The notes below the pieces were generated by a model. The model was given only the letters and a program-made list of their open reading frames with translations. It did no database searches and had not been told where the DNA came from. The position numbers and the translations under genes were made by a program. From Carcharhinus amblyrhynchos (Eukaryota): 64,000 bases of DNA. Of this stretch, positions 23,400 to 37,000 are shown piece by piece (position 1 is the first letter of the stretch; each line of letters begins with the position of its first letter). The stretch is from assembly GCA_965287045.1 (NCBI GenBank), contig OZ336882.1, positions 56,668,001 to 56,732,000 on the forward strand, in the 5' to 3' direction.

Positions 23400-26160
23400 C
23401 TTTCACAAAAATTGAAGTAATCTCCAAACTGTGCACTATTTATAATTGCACGTCAGGCAAATACATGGTCCACAGTGAAAATCAACACGTACAGAAAACT
23501 GTTCATTCCAATCTAACCCATATTCACCTATCTCTAGACATACTTTGTACGCAATCTTTAAAGCACTCACTTCTTCTAATGCTGGTTGTTATTAACTGTT
23601 TGTTTGGTGCCTGCTCACTCCTGGGGAATCTCACTGCCGTGGCAAGTGTTGCTGTGGTGGTAATTGTTGCTGTTGATCTTACTTTGGGTTATTCAGTTGA
23701 ACTTGTGCAGTTGGTGAACTCACACCTTCCTCATCAGCTGAGTTGTCTGCTGTGAAGGAGCAGCTTCTCCATAGAATCAAATCATAGAATCCCTACATTG
23801 CCAAAGGTGGCCATTTGGCCCATTGAGTCTGCACCAACTATATTAACATCAACTTTCTTCAAAGTGAGTGCAGCTCTTAACAGCATGTTGGCGATGTACA
23901 TCCATTTCCATTGCTTGTATTTCAGTTCCAAATGATATCTCTTCAAACAAAGTAACATCCTTTGCAGATATTTTTGGCACAGATAGTTTGAGAAGGATGT
24001 TTTGAAGTGGTTATGGTGAAACTCTAATATCACTTTGTCTCTCCCAAATATGTACTGATTAAAATCTTCAAGCAAAGACAATAGCCAGACACTGTTTCTC
24101 AATCTGTGCATAATGTTGTTCAGCTTGATTAATTGTCTGCGTGTAAACACAGCTGGTTGTCCTTGCTGCAAGTCGTGTCTTGCTGGTACCTCCATTGACC
24201 TCATTGTTAACATTGTAGTACATAAGCATCAGCGTAGTTGTCACTAGTTGTTTGGTACAAGCAAAATCTGCTTCATGTCCTGTGCCCCAATAGCATTGAA
24301 CGGCCTTTGCAGTTTTGCATAGAGGTTAACACACTGATGACAATTTGGGCAAGAGCTTTGCTAGGTATTATACAAATCCACCAATTTTTTTGCACTGCCT
24401 TAACATCTGTTGGTTGCTTTTCTGCTACAGCTCTCACTGGGCAAACTCCTTTTACCATCAGTACATGACCTATGTACTCAACCTCTGTCATCTTCATTTG
24501 CAGCTTTTTCTTGTTCCGCTTCAAGTTCATCCAGTGTGCGCTCTCTAGCAATCTCACTAAATTTTAATCATGGTCTGTGATGGCTTGTTCCATCATTTTG
24601 CCAGACCACAGACTAGCAGATAATTTATAACTTTCGCTCCTGAGGATCATTGACTATTTCATGCCATATGCATTGATATTCCTTCAGAGCAGTAGAAATG
24701 CCAAACGACATGAGTCGCACTCTAGGGATTCTATGATTTAATCAGTATCTCCTCAATGACGTTCAGAACATAGTCAGCAAACTGATGATTTCCTCGCATC
24801 TAGGGCAGGAAAGACCTTTGCCTTGAAAGTTGGGATAAATGTCTTCAGTGGTTGGCATGGGGCAGTGATAGCTCTTCAAAGCTTTTTCAAGACCCATTGA
24901 AAGTATGTACATCCTCAGCTTTTTTCAGTGCTGTTATGCTTCTAAGCACTTTCTTCATTACTCCCATCTTTTCAAGTTCCCCTATCTTGTTTGTTGTATT
25001 GATCTTGATGGCAGACAGAACTCTGCTCTGAAAAAGTTGCTGAGTTGGTCTTACTCCCACTTACTTCAAGGTGGTATTCACCAGGAAGAAATCCAAGACC
25101 TGTGAAAGCATCTTTGTACCTTTTTAGGATTTGTTCAGCAGTCAATGACTTTGAGTCATGTGAAACATTGTTCACCTCTTCTGGTACATGGAGGGTTACC
25201 AGTCCAAATTTCTGATTTTGTTTCTGCTGAGACGCATGGATTTTACTTAGTGTCAACTATTTGGAACTGTAGATCTTTCTTGCTGTTGCATCGGGTTTTC
25301 AGTTTAGTTTGCCCTTGTGTTGAGCATTGTTCCATCATATAGCCTCAACTTTATCTTCAGGTCAGGCCTGTGTAGCTCATGATGTTGCAGCAGCAGCAGT
25401 GTCTTTCTGATACTTCATTTTAACCTCATACTCCCTTGCAGTCATCATTCCAATAATCACAAACCACGTTTTTTCCTGGTCTAGAGTGTAGAGTGATTGG
25501 TCAGGAGTATGTGACATCTGTCCAGTAACCATCTTCTTATTTCCAGCAAAGTGATACAGCTTCTTGTAGTTAGAGCACTGTTTTCCCCACATGAGATATG
25601 CTTTCTTTTTTTGTGGTGTCCTTCAGTAGTTTGGCCTTTCTACTGGACCTTCTGCAAATAGTTTTTCCTTCTCCCTGTTTTGTTTGAAAGATCTGAATTG
25701 CCTTTGTATGCAAAACCTCATCAATTCTCCCATCAGTATGCTGATTGATTACTTCAAAACTCTTGCATTTGTCAGTGATTTCCTGAAAGTGAGTTCTCTC
25801 AACTGACGTGCTGTCAGGATGGGATCTTTTGTTCCTAAGATAATTCTGTCTCTGATTAGATCATCCTTTAGTTACTCAGACTTGAGATTCAGCTGGCCAT
25901 CTCAATGCAGTCACATACAAGTTAGTGTTCACCCTTATCTCTAAGTTCTGGTGTGGAACACATGACATTTATAAGTGACATTCGTAAAGGGTTCAGAGTG
26001 GGACCTTAAGGCCTCCAATTTTCAAGACTGGCTTTCCATTCAGAGAGATCAAGGGTGCAATCAAGCTTGTAGCAGCAGTCTTTCCCCAGCACTCATAACA
26101 AAGTTGCTAAGTTGCTACTGTTATTTGTTTGGGTTTCTTATTTAACTGTGGCAATATCAT
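23400..26160 (-). mobile_element. Decayed Gypsy-type LTR retrotransposon (gag-pol)
   Basis: Fragments YKDAFTGLGFLPGEYHLEV, EVEYIGHVL (RT), LQRMLLCLKRYHLELKYK (RNase H region); gag-like IRDRIILG near 25840-25865. Confidence 0.75.
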
Positions 26161-26164
26161 AGTG

Positions 26165-27165
26165 TTGCTTCTATTACAGGATACTGAATGTAATGCTTCC
26201 CTTACCAAAGACTTTGGATGTGCACTTTCCATTAAACCCATCTCCATTTTTATGGAAGTTCACATTTGAATTCTTCAAGTCAGGTTGTCCAGCCAGGGAA
26301 AGCAACCTCACAGTGTCTATCCTATCAAGCCCTTTCAGAACATTTTCAACAAGATCACTTCTCATTCTTCTAAACTCCAGTTTTTCAGTTGAGGTTGCTC
26401 AGCCTTTCAAACCACTCATCCCAGGAACCTTGCTAGAAAAGCTTCACTGCATCATCTCCAATGCCAGTATGTCCTTTTTTCAATTTTGTGGCAATTTGGG
26501 CATGGGAAATTGGGGTGGGGTTGGGGGAGGTGGCATTGGATGCTGTAAAGTTGTGTGGCAAGTCAGCATGCCTATCTGTGGCCGTTTCAATTTTGTCCAC
26601 AACAGGAGAGACATTGACCAGTGTGAGTCATTTGAGGTCCTTGTGTGGCCAATTAATGAGTGCTTATAGGCCTCCTCCCACTACTGCTGGGAGATTTTAC
26701 CAGTGATGAGAAGCCAGTGACAAGTGTCTAGCCTAGCCCACCACATGAAACCTAGCAGATTAGTGGCCAGGCATGGCAGGATGGATTTCCTTACAGCCTC
26801 CCTTCTTCATGAAGTATTCCCCTTGACATTTCCCCTCCATCATCTGCCATCCCGCTCACTCAGGCCTCCCAGCTTCTTGTGGCACTGCTTAGATAAAACC
26901 CAGTCAATCAGAGGCAGGACTTCCTCTCCGATGGGGCAGAAGGGCTGGCTCAAGACAATCGATGTCCGACTGCCATTAAATGGTTGTAGGGGAAGCCAGC
27001 CAAAGGCGAGTTGTCCTGGAGTTTTACATTGGTGTTGGAGACCCTGCCACTTGCATAAAATTCAACCCATGAAGTCCAAAACTGCACCCAGTACTCAGAT
27101 GTGATGTCACTGGAGCCCTTTTTATTCTTGTACTCTAATGTCCTTGCAATAAAGGACAACAAACC
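26165..27165 (-). mobile_element. CR1 fragment split by a GC-richer MITE-like insert (~26480-27069)
   Basis: MLSFIARTLEYKNK...EYWVQFW (27060-27162) and MRSDLVENVLKGLDRID (26174-26365) are collinear CR1 ORF2 pieces. Confidence 0.65.
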
Positions 27166-27249
27166 TCACTTTAGGGTAAAAGCAAAATATGACAGATGAT
27201 GGCGATCTAAAGTAAAACTGGCAAGTGCTGGAAATACTCAGCAGATTCT

Positions 27250-27580
27250 TTAGTCTTTTATGGGATGGGGGCATCACTGACATGGCTTGAACTGAGTAAT
27301 CATTTCAGAGAACAGTTAAATGTCAACCATATTGCTATAGATCTGAAGTCACATGTAGGCCAAACCAGGTAAGGATGGCAGATTTCCTTCTCTAAAAGAC
27401 GTTAGTAAATCAAACACATTTTTGTCCAATTGATAATGGCTTCATGGTCATCATTAGACTTTTATTTGCAGATTTTTTTATTGAATTCAGATTTCACCAT
27501 CTGCCATGGTGGGATTCAAACCTGGGTCCCCAGAGCATTAATCTGGGTCTCATTTGCCTAATCATTACCACTACACCGTG
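27250..27580 (-). mobile_element. tRNA-head SINE with LINE-derived tail
   Basis: gtcaaccatattgct...gtcacatgtaggccaaaccaggtaaggatggcagatttccttc...ccatctgccatggtgggattcaaacctgggtcccc. Confidence 0.7.
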
Positions 27581-29409
27581 ACTCGTCATGTCATGAAGAA
27601 TGCACCAGTTGATGATGACTAAATTTGTTGCCTCCCTTGGATTTGTATTCTTGCAAAATGTCTGTTTCAACAATCTCTTATGAGGGACTCCATTGCAGTG
27701 TTACACACACATTTTTATCTGAGGACCATTTAGGCAGACAAAAGACCAACTGCCGGTCCTATGCTACCAGCTTTCACTTGCCACTGCAAAGAAACTCATC
27801 AGAATCCATGGGAATTATAAATATTTTGCTATTAAATGTAATTAATTTAAGTATATCAATCTTCAAACTAAATATAAGTAAATTCACTCATACCAGAAAC
27901 AAAAGTATGCATTTTCATATGAGTTAAAATTACAAGATGACACGTATTTGAAATGTTCTGTTATAAAATCATCACCTGTAAAATTATGAAACTAATAACT
28001 TGCATATTAAACAAAATTAATAATAAAATAAATCTTGCTAGTTAAAGTACATCGTTGTTACACTTATGATGACATACTGTGTGGATGTGAGCTGGTTTGG
28101 TTGTGTGATGTCACGCAAGTGGTGGGAATGAAGATTCTGGCCTGTTCCCTTGTATAGCCTGGGCTTGTATTTTTGGGTCTGCACACAGACCATCTGGAGG
28201 ACCCTCATGCACCACACATTGAAAACCATTGTTTAAAGACTGCCTTCTGAAAGTCAACATAAATAATACCATTAGACATTTCAATACTAAGACACCTGTT
28301 CAAAAAATTCAATCAAGTTTGTCAGTCTTACTACTGCTTACGAGTTCTCTCTGATCAATTGAACGCTTTCAAGACGTTCAGTCACTCTGTTGTTAATTAT
28401 AGTCTCATAATTTCCTGACAACAGATGTTAGGCTAGCTGCTCTATAATTTCCTCATTTTCCCCTCTCGCCTTTCTTAAAAAGCAGAGTGACACACAATTT
28501 TCCAATTTAAAGGGATAATTTTACAATCAAGAGAACATCAAAAGATATTTAGGGTATCTGCCACATTATTAGCCTACTTCTTTTAGAACTTTGGGATAAA
28601 CGTATGATCGGAATTATGAAGGTTTGCCATGAGGCTGTCAATAAATAGACCACAGTTTAATGTTTGCTTACTTGTGCTGGTATATAGTGTTAAAGGGCAT
28701 TTTTATTTTGGCAGCTTCATCTTCTTCCACCTCTATTTCCATATTGTGTGATTAGTACACTAAACAGTGACCGAAACCAGCACCTCTTTCCAAGCATGTT
28801 ACAACACAATTTTTGGGAAGGATACCTTGGAGGACTGTGCAATTAGTAAAGGCTGAAATTCAAGTTTGAAGTGCTTAAAAACTTAGCAAATGCTCAAATA
28901 ATTTTTCTCTCAATTTTAAAGCAGCCAAGGCCCTTAAATTCTAACAGTAGTCCTTTAAAGAATGCTACCAAACAATTTCCTATCTCCATCTGTAACCCTT
29001 TAGTGATATCCTATTGCCTGGAGCAATATGAAGCTCACTGTGAATAATAGAGGCTCAAATATCTGCAAAGACAATTCAACAGCAAACAGGCAAGACTTAA
29101 GCCGTTTTAATATTGGGGACCAGAAAATTTCCTCGGATGTGTCCAATGAAAATTCTTTGTTTCATCTAGCAGGCTGCAATGTCTTTTGACTCTCTATTTT
29201 GTTATAAGAAAATCAAATTATTACCCTCCATGCACAAGATGCCTTATGCTACTTCAAAACCCTTCTGGGTTCAATCAAACCTAAGTAAGTTTTTCTTAAA
29301 TATGTGGGATGGCGATCTCGGTAATTGTCAATGCTGTCTGCAGGAACTCCTAGGATACGATAGTATTTTAAATGTTTTCTATTTAAATATCTTTGTTTTC
29401 ACTACACAG

Positions 29410-29918
29410 TAGCACAAAAGGATTCCAGGGCTGAAACCACTCCAACATTTAATCAGTTAGAGACAGACAAGCAAGCGGGACCTGAGATTCTCCCTCATGT
29501 TCTCCACAAAAACCCTGGAGATGATAATCACCTCAAGATGCATTTGAATAAGGCAGATGAACACCGTAAGATACTTTTGAATGAGTCAGATGCCCATGCA
29601 GAAAATGCAAACCAGAATAAGACAGACAAAATGACTGCTGTTAAGCTGGAGGAAGCAACTGTTATAAAACACAATATTGACCGTATCATTTTACCAAAAT
29701 GTGTTTCTGAGGCACATGAGTTACAACAGAAACCTGGCAGATCCTATGTTTCAGCTTCTCAAAGCTCTCCATTGGCACACCACAATGATGTTAACATCAA
29801 ATTAACATCTTTTCTAGTAGCTGGTGCAGGTCAGGATGTTTCATTTGAGAGATGGAAAGTTAATCCTCCAACATGTTGCACTCATTGTTTTCGCCAGGTT
29901 AACTCAAGAACCAATTGA
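29410..29918 (+). CDS. RAB11FIP2-like: Probable (last) coding exon of the RAB11FIP-like gene, low-complexity polar region
   Basis: ctttgttttcactacacag|tag| NAGNAG acceptor, phase 1; 509-nt open frame AQKDSRAETTPTF...FRQVNSRTN*; non-repetitive; alternative internal donor CAG|gtcagg at 29829. Confidence 0.6.
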
Positions 29919-30027
29919 CAGCCTTAACTTGTCCATGTACATCACACTGCACATTGTTCAAGTCACCTTGGGAACTACAGCATGCTTGTGAAAGAGCACC
30001 TGTATGAACTTTTCTTTAGATGTGTTC

Positions 30028-30065
30028 AATAAAGTGAAGGCATGCTCATGTTCGTCTCTTTTTCT
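30028..30065 (+). terminator. Candidate poly(A) signal
   Basis: AATAAA at 30028-30033, upstream TGTA at 30001, downstream tgttcgtctctttttct GU/U-rich tract; 110 nt after the stop at 29918. Confidence 0.45.
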
Positions 30066-30749
30066 AGTATACACAGCAACATGTTACAATGTTGAAAATG
30101 TTGAAGCAAATATTGAAATCAGTGCAAATCTTAGATAGCAAAGCACACTTGAGGAGTCTGAAATCAATCCAAAGTTGGCACAGTTTGGGCTCTGATTTAA
30201 GTTTATTTGGAATTTGTTAGCTTTTCTTAAAGGGGATCCTCAGAACCATCTGCTGCCTTAAAATGTGAAAAATGTTGCTTACTCACAAAGTCTTCTGCCA
30301 AATGTTCTAAACTGCATGCTGTTTGGTCTTTGGAAAAAGCCAGTTCTCAGCTTTGTGTATTTTCACAATTAGGAGGGAGTGATACTGCTGTTTTCAACAA
30401 TGCGTTTTGGTAAATGTTAGTGTCACTCATCAAAAATGATTCTTTTTTTATGCCCATATTTTGTGAAAAGGTGAAACAGCAACTGGAACACAAACCAGGA
30501 TGTTGAAGACATCCTACCTCCAATTCTCTCCAGTGCAGACCAGAGACTGTGTTGTTTTCAAAGTTCAGAATTGCACACCATACCATTAGTGGTATTATAT
30601 ATTTTGTCGCACAATGCACATGTGGAAAAACTATTACCATTCTCAGAATTTTCCAACATGAGCACAGAAAATTTCATATAACTGATGTTTCCATTTGCTT
30701 CATAATGAATGCAGATGATGAGGTGAGAGGGTTTGCCCTTGACAGCATG

Positions 30750-31772
30750 GGGCATTTGGCATCAAGGTACCGTTGCAAACTTGAAGCCAAAAGGCATTAG
30801 GAAAACCTCTCTACAGGTTGAAATCATTCCCAGCCCAAGAAATGGTGGTTGAGGTTGATGCTGGCCAACCAATTCAGCCCCAGGATATTGCTGCAGGAAT
30901 TCCTCAGAGCAGTGTCCTTGGCCCATCTGCAGTTGCTTCAGAAATAAATTACCCTTCAACACCTGGTCACAATTGAGGATGGGAATGACCACTGATGTTT
31001 GCAGTTTTCAGTACCATTTGCAGTTCCTCAGATATTGAAATAGCCCATGCCCACATGCAGCAATACCTGGACAGTATTCAATGGGAAAAGTACATTGCTT
31101 TGAGGAACGCCAACACCAATATGGGGCTGAGTTAATTGACCAGCATTAACCTCAACCATGTCTCTTGGCAGATGAGTGGCAAATATTTGTGTTACCACTG
31201 ACCAGAAACTTAGTTATACAAATACAACAGCAGGTCAGAGGGTGCAAATACTGCAGTAAATACCTCATTTCCTGATTCTCCAAAATTTGTCCTTTCTACA
31301 AAGCTCAAGTTAGGACATAATGGAATAATCTCCACTTGCTTAGATATGTGTGACTCCAGCAACACGCTAATAACATCAACCAGGACAAAGCTGCATGATT
31401 GGAACACCAGCTGTCATGTTAGCATTTACTTGCTCAATCACTGATTCAAAGTGACTGCAATGTGTACCATTTATATGATGCATTCCAGGCTCCTTCAGCA
31501 ACATTTCCAATCCCATAATTTCTACCACCTCGATAGACAAATGTAGCAAATGCACGGGAACACCACTACCTGCAAGTTCACCTCTGCTTAACTATAACCC
31601 CATTCCTTCACTGTCACTTGGCCAAACTCCCTGACAGCATTATGGGTGTTTCTATACCATGGACAGCAATGGCTCAAGAAAGCAGCTCACCACCACCTTC
31701 TCAAGTACAGATAGAAATGGATAACAATTTTGCAAGTGCCACTCACATGCCATAAATGAATTTTTAAAAAAA
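30750..31772 (+). mobile_element. LINE 3' region (family of 5890-7750)
   Basis: GIPQSSVLGP RT motif near 30896; tail ctcaagaaagcagctcaccaccaccttctcaag. Confidence 0.7.
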
Positions 31773-32544
31773 GCTCTGGTGAACTAACCAGAAAAATGAG
31801 TTCTGGGCTGGTAAAAGCCAAGACTATTTCCATGTATTTAAGAAGGATGATGGCACTTAACCAATCAAAATTTAGCAGTCCCAATATAGAGCAATCTTAA
31901 ACCAAGCGAGTTCAAAGAATTCCAACATATGGTAGCTTCTATCAATGAGTCAATTTCTCCTTGACAATCAGCACTATACCAGAATATTGGATGTGTGTAT
32001 AATAGAGCCTGCCACAGAGGTTTAATTCTGTTGGTTCACTACTACCAGGCTTTAGGGGCCAACGCAGCCCAGAGAACCTGGGAAACTGCCTCCTTATTTA
32101 CAATGTAAGATGATCACGAGTTGGATGATTTTTGTTAAAAAGCAACTTAAAATGTTGCAATTTCTTCAGACATGTCTGGAATGTTCAATTGTGGACAATA
32201 GAGTTTAGTCTTTTAGTGAAGGATCTTAAAACAAATGCACATCTTTCCCCATAAAATAAGTCAAGCAAAGCACTGAAATATCTGTGCAACATTCTTTGAA
32301 GTAATGCCATTTTAGCATGCCATATACTCTAAAGTTTGCTGATCCTTTTTGTTACTTTTTGGCTGTTACGTTAATCTTACTATCAAATAGAACTGCATAA
32401 TCATTATTGGATTCTCACCTTCACAATTATTTCTGGTGGATGACTACATGGTAAATTTAGCAGAAGACTATGTAACCGGCATACAGAGGATTGAAGTATT
32501 TGATAACTATATGCCTTTAAAGTACCTTTAATGCACATGAAAGA

Positions 32545-33020
32545 AAGAGACTTGTGCTTATATGAAGGCTTTCGGGGCATTCTAAAGCATTTTTCAGCCA
32601 ATGAGGTACTTTTGAAGTGTAGTCAGTGTTGTAGTTTGGAAATGCAGCAGTCAGATTGTGCAGCTAGATTTACGGCTGAATTGCTGGTTGGTGCAAGGAA
32701 GTGGTGGAAGTTAGAGACTTGTTCCCACTGAATGTCTTGCCTTTGTAAGTTAACCTGAAATTCAAGTCCACCACATCTACACATTCCCCTTTATCCATGT
32801 TGCTTGTCATTTCTTCTAGCAATGCTAATAAATTAGTCAAATGCAATTTCCCCTTCAGAAAACTAATGGGTTTCAACATCATATCTGAAAGATAGTACAG
32901 CACTCCCTCAGCACTGCACTGGGATGACAGCATAGATTTTTGTGCTTACATGTCTGAAGTGTGACTTGAATCCATAACCTTTTGACTCAATGGCAAGAGG
33001 GCTATCCATTAACTGAGCCT
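32545..33020 (-). mobile_element. Deu-domain-type (SacSINE1/AmnSINE1-like) SINE with an intervening CR1 piece
   Basis: Head ggctcagtt...ctcttgcc..tgagtca.aaggttatggattcaagtcac...cagtgcagtgctgagggagtgctg; tail ctgactacacttcaaaagtacctcattggctg. Confidence 0.55.
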
Positions 33021-33330
33021 TGTCTCAACACATTTCAAGTGAGCTGAATAATAGGTAAGCGATTTAAGAGAAAAAAAGGCAGGTTTGACATCTTTAAAGG
33101 AGAGTTTGAGATGGTTTGCCAGAATGTGGGACATTTGAAGGCTCTGCCATCAATGATGGACAAAGATTTAGAAATGACTAGAGTCACTGTGGATTTTGTC
33201 ACCTGATTTGTGGCTGGAGAGCTGCAGTGGTGCAAGTTCAGAAGGATTGATTGCTGTTGAAAGAGAAATGACATTCCCTGTGGATATTTTTAACTTTTAC
33301 CTTCAAGTTGATGAGCGCTCCTTCGCTTAT

Positions 33331-33675
33331 GAATCCATAGAATCCCTACAATGCAGAAGGGGCCATTTGGCCCATCGTGTCTGCACCAATTCCGAAAAGA
33401 GTATCCTGCCGACGCCGTTCCCTCCACCCTAACCCTGCACATTTACCCTGGTAATCCATCTAACCTGCACATCTTTGGATCCTAAGGGCCAATTTACCAT
33501 GGCCAATCCACCTAACCACACTTTTGGACTGTGGGAGGAAACTGGAGCACTCAGAGGAAACCCACAAAGACACAGACACAGGATGAACATGCAAATTCCA
33601 CAGACAGTGACCCAAGACTAGAATTGAACCCAGGTTCCTGGGGCTGTGAGACAACAGTGCTAACCATTGTGCCAC
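33331..33675 (-). mobile_element. HE1/V-SINE-type SINE
   Basis: Reverse strand gtggcacaatggttagcactg...gggttcaattc...gggtttcctctgagtgctccagtttcctcccacagtccaaa...ggattggccatggtaaattg, with CR1-type tail. Confidence 0.85.
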
Positions 33676-33761
33676 TCAAAGGGGAATGTCAGGAGTGGGA
33701 TTGTTTATTTGGAAGTTGATGTGTTGAATAGAATGAAGCAATACTGTCACACAGCAGCGTC

Positions 33762-34021
33762 TTTGATTTGATGTATTATTGTCACATGTATAGGTATACT
33801 GTAAAAGTTATTGTTTCTTGCACGCTATACAGACAAAGCGTACCGTTCATAGAGAAGGAAAGGAGAGAGTGCAGAATGTGGTGTTAAAGTCATAGCTAGG
33901 GTGTAGAGAAAGATCAACTTAATGCAAGGTATGTCCATTCAATAGCCTGATGGCAGTAGGAAAGAAGCAGTTCTTAAGTCGGTTGGTACACGACCTCAGA
34001 CTTTTGTATCTTTGTCCCAAC
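33762..34021 (-). mobile_element. Rex1/Babar LINE 3' end
   Basis: Near-copy of 57510-57770 (ttgatttgat..tattattgtcacatg...gtcatagctagggtgtagagaaagatcaacttaatgcaagg). Confidence 0.8.
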
Positions 34022-37000
34022 TTTCATCTTTGTTGAAGCTGAAATATAAAAAGTATTAAATGGATTGCATAAGATAACTTCTGCCATGTGTTGTGTGGGG
34101 GCGGGGGAGGCGGACATAGGCATATGGATAATAATTCTTCCCACGGGTTAGAAACGCATTGGTACACAATAAGGTTTAAGTACAAATCTTCCGAATCAAG
34201 TTTTGGCCAGGCTTACAAAGAAAATTTGACTTATTTTCTTTAGTCAAGTTAAGTGAACACTGATGTAACAAAGTGTTTTCATTACTTTGTATTGTTTTGA
34301 AAAGACGTATTAATCAAGTAAAATGAATCTGTTCAGAATTTGGTATGTTTACTTGCTTGAAATAAAGGAGATTAATGATTCTAATTCTGTCTCATCTCAC
34401 ATTGTTTTCAAAATGATTACAGAGGCACCTGGGGCACGTGCTAATGAAAAAAAGATAAAATCACACAAGGAAAGACTATTTGACCAAATGGCCTGTTTGT
34501 CTGCTATATCCTGTGCAATTCTGTTACAGCCCGAGGCTACATTATTTTATAGATATATATTGAGTAGCACTGCCATATCCATAAACATAAAACACTCTGA
34601 CTGCTTAAAAGATTGACAAGCTTTAGCAAAGTGAATAGTCTAGCTTGTAAAAATATTATTTTTAAATTATACAGGAAGATAGAACCAAAAATATAAACCA
34701 GCACAAAATAAATTCCAACTAGAATTTCTTCATCCAAAGGATCATAAATGCCTGGTATAATCTACTCTGCTAGGTAATATAGATATAAACAGGGATACAT
34801 AATAGGCTAGAATATTCAGAATGGCAAGGAGGTAAATAAACTTCAATGTGACCAATAGTCCGTTCTTATTGCCTTTTCTTGCACTCGAATGCAGTTGACA
34901 ATTGAATGGAGCCAAACAGCAATGTTATCCTAAAAAGCAATATTTTTTAAGAGGCTTATCAAAGACAATCTGTCCAAATCCCACTTCCACTGTAAACTAC
35001 ATCTATGAACATCACAGTTCGGCATTTTGTTCTTTGGACTCTGTGCCCCTATGGAAGCAGTCTTAGGAATATTGAAAGGGTAAACATAAGTAGCACCTTC
35101 TATCTGTTCCTTTTTTATATAAATCTTTGTTGTGTTGGTGATGTTCCATTAATAAGGGCCATACAACAGGAATGCCAGAAGAAATACCAAGCAAAAGAAA
35201 TGTCCAGTAACATTGTAAGCTATTATTAAAGGTCAATTAAAAGTAATTTTATACAGAAGTAGATAGTGTGGGTTGGAGAATATTTGCTTAAATTCTATTA
35301 GCTCGTTTGTAAATCAGTTGGAATATTTGAACAGTATAATTGAAAATCTTAATACTACTGTTATTTATCAGCATCTAGTTGTCATGCTGGAGGTCTTATG
35401 GCACAGAATCATAAGCTTTGGATTCAAGTCTCACTCAAGGACCTGATAGCCAAGGCATGTGCAGCCAAACAGGTGCCAATGGCAGGTGATATGAGTGGAA
35501 GAGATTCCTAGTCAGCCATGTGAAGGAATAGAACTGGAACCTCTAATATCATGATTAATAACTCAAGGTTCCAACATGCATATAACATGTGGAGCCACAG
35601 CAACATGGATGACCAGTGCGAAAGTTTGGTGCCAGTGACATGGGATTCAATCCTGTTTGAGATGGGGTGGATTCAGCCAAGTTCCTTTGCCCTACCCATG
35701 ATGGAGGTAATGGCATTGTGAGTTGGATTCACCTTCAGGCAGAGAACAGAAGAAGTTGTCATGCATTGTAAAGTCAGAACCCTGTATTATATTTATATGA
35801 CAGCAGCATACATTTATATAGCTCATGTTGTATCTTATTTTGGCTCATTTTATCTTATATAATTGCAATGATTAGTTGTGTATCTATTTGATACAATATA
35901 TGTGTAATCTGTAATGTGAAAACTCAGAAGAATCTCAATACTAAATAATTAAGAGTTACATCCAAGGTGATAATTCCCCTTTGCCTGACATGGAATGCAC
36001 TTGTTCATTAAACATGACCTTTCTGCCTGAGTCCAGAAAGCTTTGGTACAATTTGGCAGAAGCAAAGCTTTGCTTTTGCCAAATGAGCACAGAAATACTG
36101 CTTAGAGTTTAATCAAATAAAATTGTGCACATACCAGCATACAGCAATGGCAAGCATTCTGCTGCTTGTCCAACAAAGCTCATGGCATCTGTTAGAGTAG
36201 AGTCTTACTAGGATATCTGCAGCCAAGTTTGAAGAATTGCAGTCCCCAGTGACAGATCTACTGCTCCAGGTCCCGTAATGAGCCAGTTTGGCTAGTCAAT
36301 AATCAACTGTGCCTTGAAATGCTGTAGATCTGCCTGGCTTGGTTGTCTTGATTATTGAGTGCCACTGAGACACAACTCAATCTGCTATCATCAGGTATGT
36401 TGCCCTGAAAATTTCCTTGATGCCCAAAGATACCAAATTACCCTCTCTCACCAAAGGAGGATAATCACAAATGATGAATAGACAATTGAGATCAGAGACC
36501 TCACTTGGTAAACATTACATGGTAGGCATTTCTCAGAAGCAGCACAGCATACCATAAAATATGTAATTTATTAATAAGTGCGTTGAATTTGTTATCTGAC
36601 CCTGGAGAAGGATGTACAAAAGTCAACAGAGTGGAAGAAGAATGGGTAAAACCCAAGAACTCCTATCTCAAAATGTAAAACATTAATCAGCAGTGCACTA
36701 TTGATACATCTTTTTTATGCCCTTTCCATTGCCGGTCTGCCCCATGGATATTTCTGCCATTGGAGGTTGTAATATTGGCATCTTGTTCTGAGGTGACAGG
36801 CCAGCATGATCCCCATGGGATTTCTTTTCTTTTTGGCAGAAAAGGTAATTTCCTAGTTGGATTGTCCTCAGATTGCCACAGGGAGATGATTGTTTTGTCA
36901 ACTCACTAACTGATATTTATTTTGTACGAAAAGGAATACTGACATGATGAATCTGATCTTATCGCGTTATGTAGCTTGTAAGCAAACCTAAACTGGATTT

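Noticed and set aside
36208-36278. Exon-like ISAAKFEELQSPVTDLLLQVP* as a degenerate FIP-RBD
   Set aside because: Weak acceptor and no YID/LLVRV motif; similarity not convincing
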